Made by a program: the position numbers and the translations under genes. A stretch of DNA of 64,000 nt from Gnetum montanum (taxonomy: Eukaryota; Plantae; Gnetophyta). The notes under the pieces are model-generated. The model was given only the letters and a program-made list of their open reading frames with translations, searched no databases and was not told the DNA's origin. Numbering within the stretch: the stretch's first letter is position 1; every line of letters starts with the position of its first letter. Shown here one piece after another: positions 52,176 to 64,000 of the stretch. The DNA lies in assembly GCA_015680685.1 (NCBI GenBank), contig MNCI01001539.1:642387-706386 (forward strand), read 5' to 3'.

Positions 52176-55100
52176 GAAGTAAAATTTAGCATCTCTTGGG
52201 ATGCATGAGAGGAACTCCTAGAAAAAGATTTATAAGAAATTAAGAGAAAGGGTTATACAAATTTTGAAAGCCTGTGAGAAGTATTTGTAAGAATTTAAGG
52301 AGATTTTTCAAGAAAACTATGAGATGAAACATGTGAGAATGGGACCTAGAAAATCATATTTTGAAAAATCAATTATGAAATATGTTTTGCTACAAGAATG
52401 TAAGAAAATAGAACACATAAACTAAGAAATTGGCAACCACTCAAATAAATAAATAAAATGAAACAATATAGAATAAAGAAAATATTCAATTCATTCTTCT
52501 TAAATTACTCATTACTCCATCGTGTTTATAATGAGGCTCATTTCCTTTTTTATAACTTGAGGAATGAAAAGGATTTGAAACTCCTCTTCATGTGAAATAA
52601 AAATTTTTCTTTTTGTTTCTTCTTCTATGCATAAACTAAGTTTTTTAAGGTTTTCTTACTATTTTTCATGGAGTTTTTCAGCCTTATTTTAATAGATGAA
52701 ACTCCTAGTATTTACTTGAGTTGAAACATAAAAGAAAAACAAAGATACAGTTTAAGAATTTCCCAAAAATCATGTTATACCCCAACCAATCTATCATATT
52801 TACTTCTCAGAGAGATGGAAAGAAGGGATGGATCTTAATATTTTACTATTATGTTGTCTCTATGGAGGATGGCAGCAACAAGAAGGATACTCACATGCCC
52901 CTTACTTACCTGCTATCTATGTAGGGCTCTTAACATCAACATAATAGGTATCTATAGCCTAGATAATAAAACTTAATGGTCAAAGAATGAAATATACCCA
53001 CAAGATAAAGGAAAGAAGTAGAATTATCCTAAGATAATTCTTTGAAGAATATTTACCCAAATCAAATATTGCACAATAACTCCCATGCTTAAAAAGTGAC
53101 AAGGTCTCAAAATTGAACAAGTCAAGCATAGTTACTATTAAAGCATGCATCACTAAAAAGGGGCTCTATTGCCTTCACATCCCATTTTGTCCCCAAAATA
53201 GCCACCTAAAATATCTTCCAAAATATCCTATAAATCACTCCTGGTATCATCCCATAAACCATCCTTAAAACTATGACTATAAAATGCCTCAAAAATCATC
53301 CTAGAAAGCACATCTCCAATCATCCCCTACACTACCTAATAATCTTTCTTCCAAGCTATCATCCAAACCACTTTCAAGATTTCTCCTCAAACAACCTCCT
53401 AACCTTTATGCCTTCATTCTTCCATCCTAAAACCCAAACTACAACCTAGACTACTTCATTCAACAAAAGACATGTTAGTATCTCCAAAATGGGAAGAGGA
53501 GAAGCCACTGGAATTGGGAACTCCTATTTGCGATCTTGAACCTTTAAGCTTTGATGAGATTTCCATCCTTCAACTAATTTGTCCCTTTTATATTATCTAA
53601 TTCTCAAAATTCACCTTTTAATCCCATCCTACTAACCGAACATACCTCTCATAGATATAGAACATGCATCAAGTATCATTCTTCCAAACTACAAAGTAAT
53701 CTACCTCAAATCCTTATGAGCTATCTATTGATTCTCTTCAAGGATGTAACATCTATCCTTCTTAAGTATTTTGAATTTACCATCTTAGTTTATTTAATAA
53801 ATTTTAGAAGAAAGAGAAAAATATTTACCAAGAGCGATATAAGAACTTGCTTAGATATCAACTAATTGACATGGTTGTTAATGAGTTCAAGAAAAAAGAT
53901 ATCTAGAAAATCCTATAGTTCAAGCATGATATTTAATTTACCAATTGTTACAAGTTGTGGACTAATCCAATAATGATGATCACATGTGAATTCTGAAACT
54001 ACATGACATCCTATCAATAAGTAACAAAACAAAAACTAGAGACCTATGCAAGTAGAATACTAGGTGGAGAAAAGAAAAAAAAGCCAAAATTAGCATCTTT
54101 GAATAAGGTTTCTAGCAAGAGAAGCATGCCACTACCTACAAATGAAACTAACTATGAGGAAATGAGAGGAAGAAGAAAATGGATAATACATTAAAAATAA
54201 AATTAAAATGTTCAATAACATGTATATATGTTTCTGTAATGTGCTTAAGCTATCACATTCTATCTTCCAAGATCTAATTAGAAGGAAAATGAAGCAACTC
54301 AAGGTCAAAAACCACTCAAACACAGGACGAGATGTCAAGCATTTCAAACAAACTACATAATTTCTTCAAGATTCTTCAAGATAACACTAAAAAGTTCCTA
54401 ATGCTTGAGGAGCATAATCTCATATTTCCTAGATTTCTAAAATTATTTGTAATGCATAACCACAACATTTGCATTGAATTAAATTGGATGATTTTCTTAA
54501 AAATGGTATCTTTTCCTTCCCTTCTCTTTCAAATAAAGTCAACAAGAAGAAGCTTTGGAAAGATGCTAATAAAATAAGAGTTTGAGTTGCACCCCAATGG
54601 ATGAGAGTCTCTAGTTCCTATTTTCTAGTTTCTACTTCTTATGCTTTATGTTTTTGGGCTATTTTTGCTCGCCTCTTTATCGCATGTATGATTTTAGTTA
54701 TGTTTTCTTGTTCTTTATCTTTTTCAAGGTTCCTACTTGGTAAGTGTCCCTAACACTTCAATGTACTTCCTTTGACTACTTTAGATTCCTTAATGAATAT
54801 TTTTGATAACTTCACTAAAAAATAATTTTTTCTATAACTCGTTGTTTCCCTCTAAAATTTCAACAACCCATCCTATTGAATCTAGATTAAGATATAATTA
54901 TGGCAAGAATCATTAGAAATAATACAAAAAAAGCTTAAACAACTCATACATCATATTGTACCAAAAAAATGCTAAATAATAGCTAAGAAAACACATCAAG
55001 CTTGCTATTCATAAATATAACATAATCATCAATTTACATAATAATGTGTCTATACATAAACTAAAATTCTATACCAGTCTCATAGTATGCATAGAACATG

Positions 55101-58100
55101 TACATCTTATGCATAATAGTACCAAGAGGATCTCTCAAATATCAATAATCTATATAAAACCATACATCCATACATGAAAATATATATCAATTAGTCCCCA
55201 CAGATATTCCTTCCCTCAACCCTCTCAATACTTTCTTGAACTCCTAGAGCCATCATCAATAAATAAATGATGTCACTATAAGTATAGTGAAAATCCTTTA
55301 CACTTCTCCTATTGAATGATTGACAAGTACTATACTAGAGAAGAGGAGTGGGATACAAAACAATCTACATTAGAGGTCAACCTCACATATGCTCTAACCA
55401 CTATACGCATTACATCAATAAACAAAATATCAACATGATTCACACCTTGATTCATATCAAGTCAACATACATACCCTGCAATACATTAGTAATAATGAAT
55501 ATCTAATAACCACTAACTTAGCAATGTGGCATCACATGCATAATACATAATCATAGACATAGTCATTGTCATGTATAATTAATCATATTTTCATGACACT
55601 ACATGTCTATCACCAACCCATATGCATTTTCACAATCATATCCAAATGTAATACCTATACATACTTAATCAACACATTGTACAAATTGACATATTAATAG
55701 ATCAGTTACAAAATGTACTTACCATTAGTAAGAGTCATAATAAAATATCAACATATACATATATTCCATGTGGTAGCTAGTATATCCACACTCAATGTAG
55801 CTTGCATAATATTTTCATGAATACTCATAATCAATCATTTTCCTATATGTCTTTTATTTTTATTTTATCTACTACTAGTACTATTACTCATCAACCCATG
55901 ACATGCAACCATCAAACTTTAGAAGGTCTAGCAAGAACCTCACTCGTATACCTCATATCAACCATAGGTTATACTTACACTCTTCCACTCTTGGAATAAG
56001 GCTTGGGATAGAAGCGTTATTAATGCATTCCATTAGTAGTTAATCTTACTATCCTTCATTATCTCTCATCATCAACTAGCCCACATCCCCATGCTAGCAT
56101 CACTCACCAATGACCACTACATGTATCATTATGAAGATATGTAGTATCTTTATTAGTTTAAGTTGTTACATGTCATAGTTACAATATACATAAGTATAAC
56201 ATTTAACATGACTATATACATCTAAGACTAGTAGTCATATTGTTATCATATTTTAGCCATTAATGGAGCAAAGCTTAAGTCTTGAGATAAATTTTAAGAA
56301 CTACTAATGGTTTCTAATAGCTTGATAAAAGGTACTCTATATTTCAAAATCATTTAGGGCTTTCAACTAAGGATAAAAAAGCTCAAGCGCTAATTGAGAT
56401 TTTGAGTTTGAAAAGTTTAAAACCAAGTTGGTAGGAGCTATAGTATGAATGAAGCTGTATAATTTAAGCTCAAAAGTTAAGATCCAATGGATTGAAAAAG
56501 CATATATAAGTGTAGAAATGATTTTTAGGTTTTGCTATGAATCTCATGAAATAGCAACAAAGCTTGAATTGCTAGGTTACTTTTCTATGTGATCCTTATG
56601 ACTCGTAATCACTCACATAATGAATCTATTTCTCAAAGCCACTTAAGCTATCTTAAAAGTAATTTTAAAAGATATTTTAAATGTTGGGGGTCATCTTTTT
56701 AACTTTCAAATAGAGCAATGATTTTCCATCTAAATAGAAAAAGAAAAATTTATTTACTTATTTCTCATCTTCCACATTAGCTATTAGGTTAGTAAGCTTA
56801 TAAAAAGCATTTTAGTCCAAAATGTGTGTACCACATCAACGTTTGGATTCAATGGAAGTTTAAGTTGTGCACATTTTCATCTAGATGATGAAACCTCATC
56901 TAGAAGCTTCATCTAATATATCAAATTCCAAGTGAGCTAGAGCATTCATCTTCAATCTAGATGGAAAATAAAAATGTTATTACATGAAGTGGTCAATAGA
57001 ACCAAGCATTGGTTCTATAAAGGATGCAAAAAATTGGCTCTACTAAGTCAACTTTAGGAAGAAGAAGCCATGTACATAGAGCCAAAATTTATCTTGACTA
57101 ACCAGCTTCTTTTCAATTCTACTATGTCAATACTAAAGAAAGGACCTTGCTTGTAAAGCTAAAATTTGATTCTACAAGTAGGTGTAGAAATGGATCTACC
57201 ACATCAGCTCATAGAGGAAGCTCATGGAACCAAAAAATGGTTCTACGAAATGGTTCTTTGACATCATATCATTGTATGATGCTAGATTCCTATTACTTTA
57301 AAGTTGTTGATGAGCTAGGCAAAGTTTGTTGCTAGATTACCTTCATTGTAAAGATGTCACCTCACCTGTGACTAACCTACAAGTCATACCCATGGAGAAA
57401 TGGTTCAAAGTTAAAGAGATCATCAAGACAATAAATGGTTAGATCCAAATCCAATTGAAATCCCACACTTATGACTATCGCTCATAAGGAAAATAAAATA
57501 TTTAGCTCTAACTTCTAATCTTAAGTTTAAGGATAGAAATCAAATGATTTAACCAAATTAAAATCATATAATATAATGATAAATAAAAAAAGATTATAAG
57601 AAAGATGTTAACTAATTTGTGACCCTACCTTGATGTCTCTACAATGCAATAACTTCATAGCCTCTTAAAGAATTCCAATGATTGATGATTACCACAAGGT
57701 TTCAATAATCTTCCTTTACAATTTACAATGAGAAAAATTCAAAAAATAAATTTAATTTAATGTGGTTTTCTCTAGGATTTTTCAACAAACCTCTTTTAGA
57801 TATCAAGATCCTCCATTTATACTAGAAGAGATTTGATTATAGTTGGAAAAATGTTATTATTTGGAGATATCAATCTATATTGAAAATTTTGATTAGATTA
57901 GTTACACAATATCCAACTTTATTGAGGTGGCTATGTTCTTCGATAGCCAACTTGCAACACACCAGTAATGCAAATTGATATTCTCATTCCCAATAAGGTA
58001 TATTCTCCCTTAATTGAATGATATCAATCCCTATCACAACAACTACACAAATGAGCCCTAATTTTCACGAGGGGGTTTTGGGATAATAGTTATCCCATGA

Positions 58101-60207
58101 TAGGTGTGGTGGCTTTTATAATGAGCCACTACTTTACTGTTACATTTTTTTGTGTGTTTTTAATATATCAATTTTCATCGTCAAATTGATATGGTTTAAT
58201 AAAATTTGGGTTAAACTTTGTCACTAAATCAACACTAATCCCTAACTACAATGCATAGGCCTCTAAGATATTGAACCTCATTGTGATCACATTGATAAAA
58301 TGTGAAACATTCAAAAAATTTCTACTGTTACCAATTTTCATTGATTCACTCGATATTGATCAATATGACTAAGACAACATATCAAGACTCATTGTGGGTA
58401 CATTGTTCAGACATGAGTTATTTGAGAAAATTTCTTCTTTATTAATCCATGTCAACTTAATCGATATGAATTAATATCTTTGCATATTAATATACAATTT
58501 GGAATAAGGAGATTGATAATCATAGTGATAACCTAAACTATCATTCCTTCTATATTAATTTACATCATTTTAATTGATGTATTGTGGTTTTGTTTATAAT
58601 TGGACATTGAACCCACAATGTTTCTCAATATCATTGGTTTCATAAGAGTTTTATTTCTTTCAATGATGTCTATGGACATTAATTTTGCGATGAGCTTTGA
58701 TAAGGTAATTTTTAAAAATCATCCTTCATCACATGCTATGATATGAATCGATAGTAGAATAATATATTTATTTATTTAATAAAATTGTATTTCTTTTTCA
58801 CTTCTTATAATTAATTTTTATTATTAAGTTAGGAGTCTACATATAACTCGATTAGGAAAGACCTTCCTAAGATTAAATGGGGTAAACATCACCTCACATA
58901 GTTCACTTCATTTGTTTTAAGGATGTCTTACAAACTTAAGATATCCACTTTTCCTAAGTTTTAAGAATTTGAGATGCATTTCTTGTAGCAAACTCATTTC
59001 CTAACTTGCTCTTGGATTGTCTTCCATGTTGTTTATACTCTACTATCCTATCCATTGGAAGATGGTTATCCTACCTCCTCTCCTTAATTACCCTAGGGTA
59101 TGTTCCATGCCTAAGTTAATTAGTTAAATAATTATTAATGGATTGTTTATTTTGAGATTCCTAAAGAATATACCAAAACAAGAGTACCTTGGTTTTTATA
59201 TAATCTCCTCTATGTAGGAGATACTAGTAAGCTTTGGTTTTCCAATTGTTAGGATGGATAATGCTTTACCATAGTAGGAATCTCGACCACTAACACCTAT
59301 GGAAGACAAAGTGGGAAATAAATGGAAGACCCTAGAGTTTGAATTATCAATGGACATAATAGATGGAAGCCAAAAGAAAAAGTGGGAAGGATAAGGCCAA
59401 AAATATAGAAGTAAAATAGGAATAATAAATACATAGAAAGAGTGAAGAAGCAATACTCTTTAAAGTATAAAGTAACATAAATCAAGGAACTAAATAAGCT
59501 ATGGTAAGTGATCAAAATGAAGGTATATATTAAAATACATCCTAAGATAAGTCAATCAGCCTTGCTTAGTATCGTATCCTAGCATAAAGGTGATGGCATA
59601 TAGAATTATTATGAGAACTCACTACTCCATCCATATACATGCTGCTTACAAATGAAGATTCTTGGTGGATGCTTTAAAGTGTGAGCTTTGGACATCACAC
59701 CAACTATAAGGTTCTTGTGGAAGTGTCGCCTTACTCATGATTAAAGGTGCTTATGGGGCTAGCTTCTTAGATGGACAACTACTATTTCCTTTTTGTTGTT
59801 GTCCTTGTCCTTTTTCTTATAACCAAGTTAAAGCATATAATAGGGCCTTCTTCTTGTAGGAGCCAAATCTGTTTTTGAATTTGTTTAATGGGTTTCTCAT
59901 GTGGGTGCTAATTAAGTTTCATATACTTGTACCACCTTTATAAATTTTTCCAATATGACACACCCTTTACACCTTATTAACTTATCCAAGGAAGTAATTA
60001 ATAGAACCATTCATTAATAATCATGAATCTAACTTAGTTATTTTAATTATGACTTATGGAACTTTTAAAATTTAGATAATATTGTGGATAGGAAAAAAAA
60101 AAGAGTTAGTTCACATAGTTTAGCTATTTATTAATCTAAGGCTCAACCTTAGTTGGATTTTGGGTTTAAACCGACCTATCTCAAGGTAAGGGGAATTGTC
60201 CTTCTCC

Positions 60208-60634
60208 CTTGCATTCCAAATTTGATGTAAATGAAATATGTTTTCATGCAACTGAAAAGAAATGAATAATTAAAAAAAAACTATAGATTATGCATCATAA
60301 AAATATCTTTAAGAAATATTTCTCAATAGGTGATAAAGTCCTATTATACAACATGAGATCACATAAATTTCTAGGAAAACTAACAACTTGGTGGGAAGAC
60401 CCCTACCTAGTATTACAACCCCATAATAATGGAAGTGTCCTAATTTCACCTATTGAAGATTTATCTACTCCATTTTTAGTAAATGGCCAAATAATTAAGC
60501 AATATCATCAACACCAAATAGATGAACTAGGAGAGGATGAGTTAGTAGAGTTAACTAATCCAACTCACCCCAAGGATAACTTAGGAAATGAAACACCTCA
60601 ATCTGAAGTCCAAGTTATGGGAAGTAACCTCAAG
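60208..60634 (+). pseudogene. pol: Athila integrase C-terminus (GPY/F region), inverted relative to the rest of pol
   Basis: HHKNIFKKYFSIGDKVLLYN..FLGKLTTWWEDPY..FLVNGQIIKQY. Confidence 0.88.
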
Positions 60635-63600
60635 TAAACATATTATTCCATATTATAATAATCTAAACATGATATTTTACAAATAATCCCATAAGTCCAA
60701 AGTGCATCTTGTAATTTTTTTATCTAATATTTCTTTCTAGTGCATATGGTTTTTGTTAAGATATTTAGAATGATTCTATTTGCATTTTCCACTTAACCAT
60801 TTGTTTGAGGGTGATAGGTAATAACTATCTTATGTTGTATTCCAAAAGACTTAAATAATGTTTCCATTATTCTATTTACAAAGTGATTTTCTTGATCACT
60901 AGTAATTGCCCGTGGTGTTCCAAATCATGTTAGAATATGTTCTTGTAGAAAAGCTACACCTACTTTAACATAATTTGTTGAGGTAGCTTTATCTTCTATC
61001 CACTTAGTTACATAGTCTATATAGATCAAAATATATTGACATCCATTAGATAGTGGAAATGGTCCTAAGAAGTCAATACCCCACACATCAAAAGGTTCCA
61101 TTATTATGATTGGATTAAATGGCATCTCTTGTCTTTTTTTCATTGCTCTTATTCTTTGACATTTATCACATCCTTGGACATACTTATGAGCATCTTTAAA
61201 TATAGTAGGCCAATAAAATCTACTTTGCAAGATTTTTATAGTGCTTCTTTGACTATCAAAGTGTCCACCTCCAAGGTCATCATGACACATGTGTGAAATG
61301 TCTTGTTGCTCATCCTTAGCTACATATCTTCTTACTACATTGTCCTTACAAATTCTATAAAGATATAATTTATTCCAAATGTATTCAAAGATATTTCTTA
61401 AAAAATAGTTTCTTTCCTCTTTACTCCATTGAGTTGGTATTTTCATAGTGGCAAGGTAATTGGCTATATTAGCATACTAAGGGTCTTTCTTCATTGAAAA
61501 TAGTTGTTCATCAACAAATTTATCATTAAATAATTCCTTTGTCCTATTTTCATCTATGATTTCCAGTCTAGAATGATTATCTACTACAACATTTTCCTTA
61601 TCCCTTTTGTATAAAATATCAAGATCAAATTCTTGGAGTAGCATGCATCATCTCATTATCCTAGCATTTCTATTTTTTTGTTTGTTAGAAATTTAATGAC
61701 CGTATAATCAATATATACTCTAGTTTTATATACTATTAAATAATGCCTAAATATATCCAAAGCATATACAATGGCCAAGAGTTTTTTCTTTTTTTTTTGT
61801 AGTTTTATAATTCACTTAGGCTTAATCTAGACTTTTAGAGACATCACAAATTACTCTTGGTTTGTTTTCTATGTATTGTCCCAATACTACTCCCATAGCT
61901 ATGTCACTAGCATCACATATCAAATCAAATGAAAAATCCAAAATTGGTGCATTAACTATAGGGGCAATAGTTATTCTCTTTTTGAGTTTAGAGAAATCTA
62001 CTTGGCAATCATAAATCAATGTAAAAGGAACATTCTTTTCTAAGATTTTATAAAGTGACTTGGCTATTTTTGATAAGTCTTTAATAAATCATCTATAGTA
62101 TCCAACATGTCCTAAAAATCAAAGAATATTTAGGTTTGTTGGAGCTGGAACTATAGATATAACTTTTACTTTTTTCTCATCCATTCATATTTCTTCCTTA
62201 GAAATTACATGTCCTTAAACTATACCACTTGTGATCATTAAATGACTCTTCTCCCAATTTAGTTTTAAGTTCCTATCAATGCATCAATCTAAGATACCTT
62301 CCAAATATTTTAATGTTTGTTCATAAGTATCCCCATATACTAAAAAAATCATGCATAAATACTTCTACATATTCTTCTAACATATTAGAAAACACTAATA
62401 TTATAGCCCTCTAGAAGGTAGCGAGTGATCCAAAGACATCCGACAATAAGCGAAAGTTCCATATGAACATGTGAAGGTTGTTTTATGTTGATCTTCTCAT
62501 GAAATTGCTACTTGATTGTAACCATTAAACCAATCCAAAAAGTAATAGTACTCATGTCCTTCTAATCTCTCCAAAATTTGGTCCATGTAAAGTAGGGGAA
62601 ATGATCTTTCTTTGTGTTTTGATTAAGTTTTCTAGTCCATGCAAACTCAACATTTTCCTCCCTTTTTAGGTGCTACGATGATAGGGATTATCCATTCACT
62701 ATTAGATATTGGATAGATAATTTCTTCCTTTCAAAGCTTAAAGATTTCATCTTTAATAATTTTCTTTAAAGCTGGATTGATTTTTTTATAGGGAATTCAA
62801 ACTAGTTTAATATTATCTTCAAGATAAATGTGACGTTATCATATGTTGGGTGAAATTCCTTTGGTGGAGGTTCTCATAGTCTCATGCAAATGCCTTAGAC
62901 TTTTCTTTTATAACTTCTAATAATTTTATTTCTTGCGCATTAGAAAGTTGGGAATTTCCTATTAAGGGTTTATTTTTGTCAAGAAAAATGTACATAAGAT
63001 TTCTAGGTAATTATCAAAGTTTTGAATCACTACTTAGTGGTTGAATTATTTCTCCCATGCTTCCTAATCCCATATCCAAAATTTGATTCAAAAGATCTTG
63101 TTGTTCTTTTGTGGAGGAGTCTATGGGTCCTTTCTCAAAATTTTTTAATACTAATGTTTCCCTACCTTGTGCCATTGTTCATGTGGATAGGATATAAAAC
63201 ATCCAACCTTCTTTAATATCTTGGCTCAATCGATCCTATTTTGGTCTATCAAATATATTAAGCATAAAATTAAGGTTGGAAAAAGCTAATTGTAGTTGCC
63301 CTGATCTGCAATTAATTATAGCATTACCTGTTGCTAACCAAGGTTGTCCTAATATAATGAGAAAAAAATCTAGATCGTTTACCTCTAACACCACAAAATC
63401 AACTAGGTATTTTCCTTTTTCAATGTCTACAATTAAATCTTCCACAAATTAAATGGATTTAACATTGGAGACATCAGCCAAGGATTTTGTCATATTAACC
63501 TTACTTACATTCTTCAAATCAAGTAACCTAACCATTTCACATGGCACAATATTGAATCTAGCTCTAAAATTTAATAGGTAATTTTCAATGTTTCAATTTA

Positions 63601-63900
63601 TCTCTATTGAAATTGTGGATACCCCTAGATCTTGTTATTTTGGAACTTCTTGGCTTTTTATAAGTTGAGATAAATTATCAACCAAATAAACTTGTTAGTG
63701 GTTTTTCTTTCTTTTCTCCTTTTTGTGTATGGTTCCCTTAAGTATTTAACATAAAAAGATGTTATCTAATAGCTTGTTTTAATAGATTGTGTAAAAATAA
63801 TTCATTAAACATTTTTTTCTATATGTGCTTTGATTGTAATTTTTTCTTGTAGTTGTTTAGAGATAGAAGGTAAGACTATTTTCCTATGCAAAGGAGAGGA
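60635..63900 (-). pseudogene. pol: Athila-type pol (end of gag linker, PR, RT, RH, INT), decayed
   Basis: VDFVVLE..IILGQPWLATGNAIINC (PR); FDLICDASDIAMGVVLGQ (RH); CHDDLGGGHF..KILQSRFYWPTIFKDA..FDVWGIDFLGPFPLS (INT). Confidence 0.93.
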
Positions 63901-64000
63901 GGTTAATGGTTATTCTTCTTCTCCAATTGGTTGATTACTTCCCTCCTCATTTATTATATGTGACTAATCCTTTTCTTGTATCTTAACTTATTGAAAACTA

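Noticed and set aside
52176-60200. Short ORFs and LTR-like pieces (for example Athila-like AAGCATGGGAG on minus near 53080)
   Set aside because: Probably old retroelement noncoding DNA, but no boundaries or domains can be supported.

Overview
AT-rich, CpG-depleted plant-type intergenic DNA made almost entirely of nested, decayed Ty3/gypsy LTR retrotransposons. No intact host gene is visible, and there is one assembly gap (44968-45775). From left to right: a Galadriel-type chromovirus (minus, 1-4827) apparently inserted into the protease of an older CRM-like element; a heavily decayed chromovirus (plus, ~10.3-14.8 kb); two diverged, inverted copies (A ~15.4-25.9 kb, B from 27182) of a Tat/Ogre-type element with RT-RH-aRH-INT; a Tat/Ogre gag-protease (plus, 41.8-44.7 kb); a younger gag-only Athila-like element with two LTRs, PBS, PPT and TSD (47232-52175); and an Athila pol (minus, 60.2-63.9 kb) with a small internal inversion. 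The most unusual signal is the architecture of the Tat/Ogre family. Its pol lies next to an LTR and a PBS-like site but on the opposite strand to that PBS. It begins at a conserved splice acceptor with no gag/protease upstream on its own strand. In copy B it points away from a plus-strand multi-exon unknown gene and gag-pro, across a spacer full of one repeated palindrome. This suggests an ambisense (split gag-pro/pol) retrotransposon, possibly relying on trans-splicing. It remains a hypothesis, because the right end of copy B falls in the gap.
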